Source of the DNA: a virus | Taxonomy: Duplodnaviria > Caudoviricetes | Length of the DNA stretch: 64,000 bases | Direction: 5' to 3' (one strand) | IMG/VR virus record: IMGVR_UViG_3300032243_000867 | Span: 96,001-160,000 of that record | In this document: piece after piece, positions 1 through 8,308 of the stretch | Layout: every line of letters begins with the position of its first letter | How positions within the stretch are numbered: position 1 is the stretch's first letter | Position numbers and translations under genes: made by a program | Notes under the pieces: model-generated | Database searches by the model: none | Seen by the model: the letters and a program-made list of their open reading frames with translations, nothing else | Told to the model about the DNA's origin: nothing

Positions 1-804
1 GCGTTGCAGAAGGAAGTCGATCTGGCCGACGCCGAGCTCGCAGCGGGGACCCACGACAAGTACCTGCGAATGGACGAGAGGGAAGCGGACGAAGACCCGA
101 AGGCGTCCCTCTTCCGTTCGCTGAATGACCGGGGTATCGGGGTCAACGACCCCCACGTACAGACGTTGCTCCATGAGAAGGCCAACCAAGCAGACGCGGC
201 GAAAGCTGTACGCAATCTCTCCACAGAACTATCCGACGAGGAACTCTCGGAACTGTCCAAGAAGTCTTCAACCCTCGGTCACGCCTATGAGAGTCTCAAG
301 GATTCCCCCTTCCTCGCCCAGATGCTCCGAGAGATGATCGTCGAGGAGATGGTGGGGGAGTTCCAGAAGGGGCGCGCGAAGGGTAAGTCCGACAAGGGTA
401 AGCCCCGGGACGCCGAGAAGGTGAAGGAGCTCGCGGAAGCGGCTAAGGACCTGCCCGAGAAGGACCGGGAGACCGTCAAGAAGGTCGTCCGTGAAAAAGC
501 CAAGGACCTCCCCGCCGCGGACCGCGAGACCGTCGAGGACATCGTCGATCTGGACATCCCAGACGCCTCCAGTACGTCTACGTCAGAAGGCGGGAAACAA
601 AAACAGACGTTGAGCCTGCCGGAGTACCGTCAGATGCTTCTCGACGGAGCCAAAGACGCCGACGCTCGCCGAAAGACCCAGGAGATGAGCTCCGAGGATC
701 TTAAAAAGCGTTGGGAGTCATACAAAGCCGGAAAGACCGCTGGTGCCCCCCTCCCGGAGTCGGTTGCCCGCCGTTTTCTCTCTTATTCGCGGCGGGGTAG
801 GTAG
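1..804 (+). CDS. Acidic head-associated protein (5' partial)
   Basis: Open frame probably continues upstream of the window. Charged helical sequence ending ESVARRFL, a motif that recurs in other head-module proteins. Confidence 0.6.
   Translation, partial: ALQKEVDLADAELAAGTHDKYLRMDEREADEDPKASLFRSLNDRGIGVNDPHVQTLLHEKANQADAAKAVRNLSTELSDEELSELSKKSSTLGHAYESLKDSPFLAQMLREMIVEEMVGEFQKGRAKGKSDKGKPRDAEKVKELAEAAKDLPEKDRETVKKVVREKAKDLPAADRETVEDIVDLDIPDASSTSTSEGGKQKQTLSLPEYRQMLLDGAKDADARRKTQEMSSEDLKKRWESYKAGKTAGAPLPESVARRFLSYSRRGR
783..804 (+). promoter_or_regulatory. Putative phage late-promoter motif (TAT-N14-GTAG)
   Basis: TTATTCgcggcgGGGTAGGTAG, near-identical in layout to 18224-18245. It precedes the leader of ORF 891. 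Confidence 0.45.
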
Positions 805-890
805 TGGGAGAATCCCGCCGGGGCCTCCCCCCGTTCCAGTTCAAGAGCGCCCACGGTGACCCCGGCGGGACCAGAAGGAGACTCAATCTC

Positions 891-1526
891 ATGACCACGA
901 AGAAGGCTTCCAAGACGGGTGCTCGTCGCGTCACGGCGACCCTCGATTCCCTCGCTTCTCTGTTCCAGAACCACCACGCCTCGCTCGGCATCCCGAGCAA
1001 GGTGGCGATGGACTTCGCGCTTCGTTGTGACCTTCTGTCGGACAGCATCGACCGCCGCAAGCAGGCGGGCTACTTCAACCCCGCCGAGATCGGTGAGGAG
1101 CAGCCCGGTCCGATGATGTTCGACGAGAACAACCCCTTCATGGAGGGTGAGTTCACGCAGGAGGAGAAGCGCGACCTCAGCGAGAAGCAGATGGCGGGCG
1201 AGCTCGCGGCGAACGCGGCGAAGCACGTCGCGGACCCGAAGCTCGCTTCGGACATCAAGAAGGCCGCGTACGACGCTGCCCTCGCCGCTCTCCGCAAGGC
1301 CAAGAAGGCCGACGAGAGCGAGAAGGACGCCGAGGACGAGAGCGAGAAGGACGCCGAGGACGAGAGCGAGAAGGACGAAGCGGCGCAGAAGACGGCCATG
1401 ATGGCCCAGCTCTACAACCGCATCCGCCGTCAGGCCAAGAAGTCCGAGGAAGCCCCCGCGAAGGAGGCCGACGACGAGGGTGAGGAACCCGCCAAGACGG
1501 CCAGCCTCTTCGGCCTGTTTCGCTGA
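891..1526 (+). CDS. Head protein (internal/scaffold-like), acidic
   Basis: SD aaggag before ATG 891. Contains RRQAKKSEE and KTAS motifs shared with the scaffold. Lies in the head module. Confidence 0.65.
   Translation: MTTKKASKTGARRVTATLDSLASLFQNHHASLGIPSKVAMDFALRCDLLSDSIDRRKQAGYFNPAEIGEEQPGPMMFDENNPFMEGEFTQEEKRDLSEKQMAGELAANAAKHVADPKLASDIKKAAYDAALAALRKAKKADESEKDAEDESEKDAEDESEKDEAAQKTAMMAQLYNRIRRQAKKSEEAPAKEADDEGEEPAKTASLFGLFR
1311..1376 (+). repeat. 24-nt coding tandem repeat (DESEKDAE x ~2.75)
   Basis: gacgagagcgagaaggacgccgag repeated in tandem. Confidence 0.9.
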
Positions 1527-1529
1527 ACG

Positions 1530-2090
1530 GTGACCCCCATGAAGCCGTCCCGTAGGGCCACTTACGTCAACTACCAAGCCCGTGCCAGCGCCTTCAAGGT
1601 GGGGGACCGGGTGTACCCGATCCTCAAGGGCAACCCGAGTAACGGCGGAACCGTCGTTGCGGTGTGGCCCGCTATCGGGATGGTGGACGTTCAGTACCCC
1701 CACGGGACGGCTCGTGCCCCGGTGGAAGACCTCCTCATCGACCGTGGAACCACCATCGAGTCCGAGGTAGACATCCAATCGGATACCGTTCCGGGGGGCA
1801 CCCACACGGTGCCCGTGTCGGGCGGTCCCGGCCCCGAGAGAACGGACTCCACTCACCGGGTCGCCTCCCGGCACCTCAAGAGAGCCGTGTATTGGGCAGC
1901 GCCCAACCGTCAGTACCGCCCCACGAAGCAAGAGCTCGTCACAAACAAGCTGTGCTGCCCCCGCTGCGACGAGAGCTATCTGAGGAGGTCCACCTACAAG
2001 ATGGAGGAGGGGACTCAGGTCAAGCTGTTCGTATGTCCCTCGTGCCTTTTCATCGTTCGTCGCGACGACGTTGCAGGATTCGGGGAGTGA
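1530..2090 (+). CDS. Hypothetical head protein, SH3/KOW-like N-terminus and C-terminal Zn ribbon
   Basis: FKVGDRVYP...GTVVAVW; RVASRHL motif; CPRC...CPSC. Confidence 0.6.
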   Translation: MTPMKPSRRATYVNYQARASAFKVGDRVYPILKGNPSNGGTVVAVWPAIGMVDVQYPHGTARAPVEDLLIDRGTTIESEVDIQSDTVPGGTHTVPVSGGPGPERTDSTHRVASRHLKRAVYWAAPNRQYRPTKQELVTNKLCCPRCDESYLRRSTYKMEEGTQVKLFVCPSCLFIVRRDDVAGFGE

Positions 2091-2097
2091 TCTGACC

Positions 2098-4827
2098 ATG
2101 CCTCTGATGAAGTACGCCAAAGCGATAAAGGCCCCTACCCTTTCCGCAAGCCTGTACGGCGGGGGTTGGGATAACGTCCGAGTTGCAGCTTCCCAAACCC
2201 GACTTGACCGCAACCTTTCCGATCAAGCCTCCAAGATTCTGAAGGAGACCTTCGATCCGTCGAAGTACCTCCTCAGCCATTGTACGATCGTAGCCTCGGT
2301 GGATACCGTAGAGGTACCCTCCTCCCGCCTCGGGTCTTCGATGGTGGATGGTAAGAAGGTCGTTCGTAAGACGACCGCCTACCGCATTACCCCTTCGACC
2401 GAGTGCTATGTGAACAACAACTTCGATAGCTGGGCGCGGCCCGTGCTGCTGAAGTCGTACAAGACGTTCACGGGGGCGTTCAACTTTTTGGAGCACGTCC
2501 AGATCGAGGACTTGTCCAAGGGTCGCATCCTGGACGCCGTTGCCCGGGACATCGGGGACAGCGTTTACGTTGACATCCTCATCGCCACGGATCGCAAGCA
2601 CACGGAGCTCATCAAGGACATCGAGAGCGGTGAGCTTTCTACCCTCTCGATGGGCTGTTTCCTCCCCGGCACGCAGGTGTCTCTCGCAGACGGCACCCGC
2701 GTTGCCATCGAGGACGTGCAAGTCGGGGACATGGTGCTCACCCACAAAGGCCGTTCCCGCGAGGTTCTGAACAAGCAGATCCGAGGCGGCAAGTGGGGCG
2801 TGAGGCGTATCGAAGCGGTAGGTGTACCGTCCGCCATCACGGCGACGGACATACACCCGTTCTTCGTCTTTCGTCTACCCGACGTGTGCGCGTGCGGATG
2901 TGGCGAGTCCCTACCGGCGTCCTACTCGTCGGGCAAGAGGACGGCACTACCCAATCGCCTCTCGCGGCGGTTCAAGGACGGCCACAACCTCCGCATACTC
3001 AATCCTAACGGGACGTACTCGCTGGAGGAGCGGGCCGCACGACAGGACCGTCTCGATGCCCTCTTCTCCCCCCGTATGGAAGAGGTGAAGGCGGCGGATC
3101 TCAAGGTCGGGGACTTCCTGTGTTTCCCGAGATCGCAGTTCGGCACAGGGGTGGACACCCCCCCTGGTCGAGCTCGCCTCTTGGGGTATTTCCTCGCGGA
3201 GGGAAACTTCCAGAAGCGGGACGGGAAGCACCACACCGTCGAGTTCAACTTCTCACTCCACGAGCGGGACACCTACGCCGCCGAGGTGATGAGGCTGCTG
3301 ACCGAAGAGTTCCCCGGATGCAACCCCCGGCTCTACACGGCGGGCGAGTCAGATGGGTGCGCGGCGACCGTGGTCGTCGCGGGCTCCGACATCGCGGCGT
3401 GGTTCCTTAAGCACGGCGGGGAGTACAGCCACGGGAAGCGCCTTCATCCCGACGTGATGGCGTGGAGCGTCGAGAACCAACTCCACCTTCTCGGTGCGTG
3501 GGTCAATGGTGACGGGAACCTCCAGAAGGGGGGTGCCACTTCTGTCACTACCGTGTCCTACGACCTCGTCTGCCAGATGCACGCGATCATGGCGCGCTGC
3601 GGCATCTACGCCCGAATGTACGGGTTGGTGCAGGGTAAGTCGGTCGATGTCGCGGAGGTGGTGAACGGGGGGCTCGTGCAGACCCTCTGTGACGACGGCT
3701 CTTACCGCCGTCCGTCGTTCCAACTAGACTTGGGGCAGACCCAATCACAAGCCCTTCGCGGACGGTGTGATAAGGTCAGGCTTGACCCCAAGTTCCAGAC
3801 GCAAGCCTGTCGCGTGCAGGATGACGTGGTGATGTTCCCGATCACCTCCATCGAGGCCCAGACCTACGAGGGCTGGGTTCACGACATGGAAGTCGAGGAA
3901 GACCACTCCTACGTCGTGGAGGGTGTGGCCGTACACAACTGCTCGATCGACGGCAGCACCTGCACCAAGTGCGGACATTGGGCCGCTGACGAGACTGAGT
4001 TTTGCGACCATGTCAAGTACATGAAGGGCAACACCTTCTACGACGAGAAGGGTGTGAAGCACCGCATCGCGGAACTGTGCGGCGACGTGACCCTAGATCC
4101 TACGGGCGGGGTGCAGTTCATCGAAGCTAGCTGGGTGAAGGTCCCGGCGTTCAAGGGCGCGGTTGCTCGTAACCTCATCACCCTGTCCAGCGACGACAAG
4201 GGCAAGACCGCCAAGCGCATCCAGAAAGTGGTGGGCACCCCGGCTCCGAAGGTTCCCGCCGACGGGTACTTGAAGGCGGCTCGTCGAATTCACGCTGACG
4301 AGTTTGGGCTGGACGACGCGGGCGAAGATGCCGCGAAGGAACCCGAGGCCCCCCCCGGGCCCGCCGACCCTTTGAAGGGCATCACGGACGAACTCAAGAA
4401 GTACGTCCTCGACAACCTAGCGAAGTCGCTGAAGGAAGACCTGTCGAAGTCGGACCTCACCAAGGCTCTCCTCCCCCCGGAACCGTCTACCGCACCCAAC
4501 GACACGGTGGTGAAGCAAGCTCGCGCGAAGCGGGCCGCGTACCTGTCACAGGTGCGTAGCATCGTCCGCACGGCCAGCACCGACCGGGATTTGGTACAGA
4601 AAATCGCCCGCCTGAATCGAGAACACGCGATTTTTGTTCCCGTAATTCTCTATCGCACAGCCCTAAAGGTCGGGGGTTCGCACCGTTACGCGAGCCTTTC
4701 CTCTTTCATCGGCGGGTGCCAGAAGTGTCTTGGCCGATACCCCACGGTTGGGGAAGCCCGTACGCTGATTCGTTTGGCCAAGCTGATCACAACCCGTTCT
4801 GTCGGCGTCACGCCGAAGAAGCCCTAA
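2098..4827 (+). CDS. Prohead (capsid maturation) protease precursor containing an intein
   Basis: ATG 2098 with upstream ggggag. NFLEH, LSMG|C...CTKCG...CDH and FIEASWVKVPAF match phage head-maturation protease motifs. Position is upstream of scaffold and MCP. Confidence 0.8.
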   Translation: MPLMKYAKAIKAPTLSASLYGGGWDNVRVAASQTRLDRNLSDQASKILKETFDPSKYLLSHCTIVASVDTVEVPSSRLGSSMVDGKKVVRKTTAYRITPSTECYVNNNFDSWARPVLLKSYKTFTGAFNFLEHVQIEDLSKGRILDAVARDIGDSVYVDILIATDRKHTELIKDIESGELSTLSMGCFLPGTQVSLADGTRVAIEDVQVGDMVLTHKGRSREVLNKQIRGGKWGVRRIEAVGVPSAITATDIHPFFVFRLPDVCACGCGESLPASYSSGKRTALPNRLSRRFKDGHNLRILNPNGTYSLEERAARQDRLDALFSPRMEEVKAADLKVGDFLCFPRSQFGTGVDTPPGRARLLGYFLAEGNFQKRDGKHHTVEFNFSLHERDTYAAEVMRLLTEEFPGCNPRLYTAGESDGCAATVVVAGSDIAAWFLKHGGEYSHGKRLHPDVMAWSVENQLHLLGAWVNGDGNLQKGGATSVTTVSYDLVCQMHAIMARCGIYARMYGLVQGKSVDVAEVVNGGLVQTLCDDGSYRRPSFQLDLGQTQSQALRGRCDKVRLDPKFQTQACRVQDDVVMFPITSIEAQTYEGWVHDMEVEEDHSYVVEGVAVHNCSIDGSTCTKCGHWAADETEFCDHVKYMKGNTFYDEKGVKHRIAELCGDVTLDPTGGVQFIEASWVKVPAFKGAVARNLITLSSDDKGKTAKRIQKVVGTPAPKVPADGYLKAARRIHADEFGLDDAGEDAAKEPEAPPGPADPLKGITDELKKYVLDNLAKSLKEDLSKSDLTKALLPPEPSTAPNDTVVKQARAKRAAYLSQVRSIVRTASTDRDLVQKIARLNREHAIFVPVILYRTALKVGGSHRYASLSSFIGGCQKCLGRYPTVGEARTLIRLAKLITTRSVGVTPKKP
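2656..3939 (+). mobile_element. Intein (428 aa) with LAGLIDADG homing endonuclease
   Basis: Starts CFLPGTQVSLADG, has block B ATDIHPF and LAGLIDADG motifs LLGYFLAEGN and LLGAWVNGDG, ends VHDMEVEEDHSYVVEGVAVHN followed by +1 Cys. Confidence 0.95.
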
Positions 4828-4839
4828 CAGGAGAAATCA

Positions 4840-6366
4840 ATGACTCGACGCCGACTGACGTGGAATGGCCGTATGGCCAGCGCGCCCCCCGCGATGCCGG
4901 GGTACCAGGAGCCCAGCGTTCACCCCGCCGCGTACCCCGATCCCGAGGCCGACGCCTACGAGAACGGTGACACGTCGTCGTGGGCCGAGGACCCGCACCC
5001 CGGCCCCTACCCGAACACGTTCCACCCGGCGCTTCCGGGCACCGAGGAGCCCATGGGGCACCCGGCGACGGACCCGAAGCACTACTTCCCGGCGGGCGTG
5101 ACGAAGCAGGCGAGCCGCCAGCTTCGCGCCGCGATGGAAGTCAAGGCCGCGAAGTGCATCCGCATCGCGCAGTCGATGCTGGGTCGCAAGGCGTCGGTCA
5201 GCGCCATCGAGGATCAGGCCCTCGACCTGATGAACCTCACCGAGCGTCAGATCGCCGCTGCGCTTTCGCGCATCGCGGATGACGGCATGGCGCAGGACGT
5301 TCCGACCGAGGCCAGCATGGACCTCCTCGCCGTCGAGAACATGACCCTCACCCCGGAGCGCACGAGCGACGAGGATCTTCTCGCGGAGATGCTTCAAGCG
5401 GGCGGTGACGAAGGCCCTATGTCCGATGAGCAGATCCTCGCGGGGATGATCGCGGAGCAGAAGGCCAAGATGTCGGGTATGCACATGGCGTCGCGCAAGC
5501 GCGCCTTCGGTGCGTACGACAAGATGCCCGGTGACCAGAACGACCCGGCTCACTACAACTTCCGCGCTGAGGGCGTTCTCGCTTCGGCCAAGAAGTCGGA
5601 AGACGCCGAGGCCGAGGAGATGCTCTCCGAAATGGTGAAGGAGGAGAAGAAGGCTTCCCTTCGCCGTCAGGCCAAGAAGTCCGAGGACGAGACCGCCGAA
5701 GAGGCCCCCGAAGCCGAGACGGCGGGCGAAGAGGAGCCCAAGGCCGAGAAGAAGGCCGCTCACTTCAAGCGCCTCGCGGCGTACTGGGAGCGCGTCGCCA
5801 AGAAGGCCGAAGAGGAGCCCAAGGCCGAAGAGGAGCCCAAGGCCGAAGAGGAGCCCAAGGCCGAAGAGGAGCCCAAGGCCGACAAGAAGGCCGCTGCCCG
5901 CAAGGCCGCGATTCGCCGTCTCGCTGGCCTGGAGCTCTCGGCGGAGGCCCAGCAGGCTATCGCCGCTCTTCTGAAGGCCGATGCCCAGGAGCCCGTGGCC
6001 GACGAGATCATGGGTGAGGACCTTCCCGTTGCGGGCGAAGATCCCACGGCGGACGACTTCATGATGGACGACATGGGCCTCGAAGACCCGATGCTCATGG
6101 ACGACATGGGCGTGGACGAGCTTTCGATGCTCTACGGCATGAGGCAAGCCAAGAAGTCCGAAGAGGATGAGGCCACCGAGGCCGAAGAGGAGCCCAAGGC
6201 CGAAGAGCCCAAGGCCGAGAAGAAGGCGGCGGTTCGCCCGCAGCCCCGCAAGGCGTCGAACGGCATCAAGTCGGTCGGAGCGGTCGCCAAGGTCGCTTCC
6301 GGCGACGTGAACGACCTGTCGAAGCTGTGGGAGTCGGCTCCCGACGTGAGCAAGATTTTCGGTTGA
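4840..6366 (+). CDS. Scaffold-like acidic head protein
   Basis: Very acidic, low complexity, located between protease and MCP. Repeated (R)QAKKSE(E/D) motifs. Confidence 0.65.
   Translation: MTRRRLTWNGRMASAPPAMPGYQEPSVHPAAYPDPEADAYENGDTSSWAEDPHPGPYPNTFHPALPGTEEPMGHPATDPKHYFPAGVTKQASRQLRAAMEVKAAKCIRIAQSMLGRKASVSAIEDQALDLMNLTERQIAAALSRIADDGMAQDVPTEASMDLLAVENMTLTPERTSDEDLLAEMLQAGGDEGPMSDEQILAGMIAEQKAKMSGMHMASRKRAFGAYDKMPGDQNDPAHYNFRAEGVLASAKKSEDAEAEEMLSEMVKEEKKASLRRQAKKSEDETAEEAPEAETAGEEEPKAEKKAAHFKRLAAYWERVAKKAEEEPKAEEEPKAEEEPKAEEEPKADKKAAARKAAIRRLAGLELSAEAQQAIAALLKADAQEPVADEIMGEDLPVAGEDPTADDFMMDDMGLEDPMLMDDMGVDELSMLYGMRQAKKSEEDEATEAEEEPKAEEPKAEKKAAVRPQPRKASNGIKSVGAVAKVASGDVNDLSKLWESAPDVSKIFG
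5803..5874 (+). repeat. 18-nt coding tandem repeat (KAEEEP x4)
   Basis: aaggccgaagaggagccc x4, with further degenerate copies near 5720 and 6181. Confidence 0.9.
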
Positions 6367-6391
6367 TCTGACCGAGACTCGCGCCTTCTAG

Positions 6392-6428
6392 AACCCCCGC
6401 AAGAGAAATCTTGCGGGGGTTTTCGTTT
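6392..6428 (+). terminator. Intrinsic terminator
   Basis: aacccccgcaaga-gaaa-tcttgcgggggtt followed by a T-rich tract, just after the scaffold stop. Confidence 0.85.
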
Positions 6429-6562
6429 GTTAGCCGATAGTTCCCCCCGTAGTACGGAAGCGCCTTGCTTCCATTTCACTTGAGGTTATCCCGGCAATGG
6501 TGTTGGGAGGGCCGCAAGAGTAGACCCCGCACCCCTGTAAACAGGGGTCAAAGGAGCACATC

Positions 6563-7243
6563 ATGCCTTTGACTGGACAGGCGAGCGGTGGCTGGACGGA
6601 GTCGTCGTCGGCTCTACGGATTCTCCACGTTGGTGTTCGTAACACCGTGGGCGTCCTGACTGACGATGCTTTCACCCAGACCAACCCTCCGATCATCAAG
6701 ACTGCTGGGACGGTTTCGACCTCCCCCGGCGCTCTCACCGAAGTTCTCGGCGTCCTCTCGGGCTCCGTGGCCTTCACCCGCCCGGACGCGGGAAGCAACT
6801 TCATCGGTGGACCGACCAAGACCGCGATGGCCCTCCCGGCCAGCGTGACTCAGGTCCTCCCGCTGGGCTGCTTCATCAACTCGGCGGCGGGCAACCCCTA
6901 CGAGAACCTCCCGGCGGTCGCGTCGGGCAAGGGTCCGTACGTGGCCGCGATGGGCACCTACGGTTCGCGCCTGTTCGAGACGCAGGTTCTCGTGACCACC
7001 AACGGCGGTACGGCGGCGGGCACGGCCCTCACCTACGTCGCTGGTATGCGCCTCGTGGCGAGCCAGAACGGCTACCTCATGCCCAGCGTCGTGTTCGCGG
7101 GCGGTGTTCTCGATCCGGTCGATGCGGGCGCGGCCTTCAACACGCTTGAGGGCGTGAACGGCGGCACGGCGACGACCATCGGCATCCTCAAGCTCGCTCC
7201 CGACTCGGTCCAGAACGAGATCGTGTTCGACCAGCGCATCTGA
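6563..7243 (+). CDS. Putative capsid decoration/cement protein
   Basis: SD aaggag. Gly/Ala/Thr-rich beta protein immediately upstream of MCP, with strongly biased codons. Confidence 0.6.
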   Translation: MPLTGQASGGWTESSSALRILHVGVRNTVGVLTDDAFTQTNPPIIKTAGTVSTSPGALTEVLGVLSGSVAFTRPDAGSNFIGGPTKTAMALPASVTQVLPLGCFINSAAGNPYENLPAVASGKGPYVAAMGTYGSRLFETQVLVTTNGGTAAGTALTYVAGMRLVASQNGYLMPSVVFAGGVLDPVDAGAAFNTLEGVNGGTATTIGILKLAPDSVQNEIVFDQRI

Positions 7244-7264
7244 TCGAAGGGAAGGAACACGAAC

Positions 7265-8146
7265 ATGACTACGCCGAACGTCAGCACCGAGATCAAGCAG
7301 AAGATCATCGGGGACTACATCAAGACCGCCGCTGGCCGCGCGAAGCTCGCCGCCAGCATGACGCAGCCGCTCCGTACCCGCCGCGACTACATGAGCGTCG
7401 GTCGCAAGACCTTCCTCGTGGAGCAGCTCCCGGACGGCGCGCTTCCGATCTACGACAAGGACCCGGACGTGACCGCGTACGTGGTGGGTGAGGAAGGCGA
7501 GAACATCCTCGCTATCACCAAGCCCCGCCGCGTGATCTTCCCCCTCTTCGAGATCGCCAGCAACCCCGAGATCCCGCTCACGCAGATCAAGGAGCGTCGC
7601 TTCGACCTCATCGAGCGTTCGCAGGACCTCGCCCGCGCGATGATTCAGGCGGCGGAAGACGAGCGCGTCTTCGCCGTTCTCGACGCCATCGCCGTCAACG
7701 GGTTCGACTCGATCCCCGGCGGCACCAACCCCGACATCCCCGTGGTCGCCCCGCTCAACGGCGCGGTCCTCGCGGATGCGTTCGCCCTCATCGAGCGCCA
7801 CGACCTCCGCGTCGCCCGCGTGTACATGAACGCCCGTGACTACGCGGACGTTCGCAAGTTCGGTCGCGACATCCTCGACATCGAGTCTCAGGCGACCCTG
7901 CTCAAGACCGGCCTCCAGGCGACCCTCTGGGGCGCTCAGGTCATCACGAGCCGTCTCGTCCCCGCTGGCACGGTGTACGTTTGCTGCGAACCGGAAATGT
8001 TCGGTCGGATTCCGGTCCGTACCGAGCTCACGGTCCTCAGCGCCGACGACCCCAAGGCCCGCACCATCGGCTTCTCGGTGTTCGAGAATTTGGGCATTGG
8101 CGCCTACAACCCCCGTGGTCTCGCCCGCCTGACGATCACCCGCTGA
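7265..8146 (+). CDS. Major capsid protein (HK97 fold, Bxz1/cluster-C-like)
   Basis: Motif pattern RAKLAASMTQPLR..DY...LPDGALPIYD...LFEIASNP...AEDER...VPAGTVY...E.LGIGAYNPRG resembles the Bxz1-type MCP. SD gaaggaa. Confidence 0.85.
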   Translation: MTTPNVSTEIKQKIIGDYIKTAAGRAKLAASMTQPLRTRRDYMSVGRKTFLVEQLPDGALPIYDKDPDVTAYVVGEEGENILAITKPRRVIFPLFEIASNPEIPLTQIKERRFDLIERSQDLARAMIQAAEDERVFAVLDAIAVNGFDSIPGGTNPDIPVVAPLNGAVLADAFALIERHDLRVARVYMNARDYADVRKFGRDILDIESQATLLKTGLQATLWGAQVITSRLVPAGTVYVCCEPEMFGRIPVRTELTVLSADDPKARTIGFSVFENLGIGAYNPRGLARLTITR

Positions 8147-8171
8147 AGCGAAATCCTGGGTAAAACTAGGT

Positions 8172-8222
8172 AAAAGCACTAGGCCCGGATCTCGAAAAGG
8201 GTCCGGGCCTAGTGCTTTTTTA
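8172..8222. terminator. Intrinsic terminator (potentially bidirectional)
   Basis: 18-bp stem aaaagcactaggcccgga / tccgggcctagtgctttt after the MCP. Confidence 0.9.
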
Positions 8223-8308
8223 CTCTCCCTCGTCGGGAATCTCTCCCATAGGTTAGATTCTCAAAGTTTCCGATACCGTTCGTTTCTGTGTTAGGTTATG
8301 CTTCAAGC

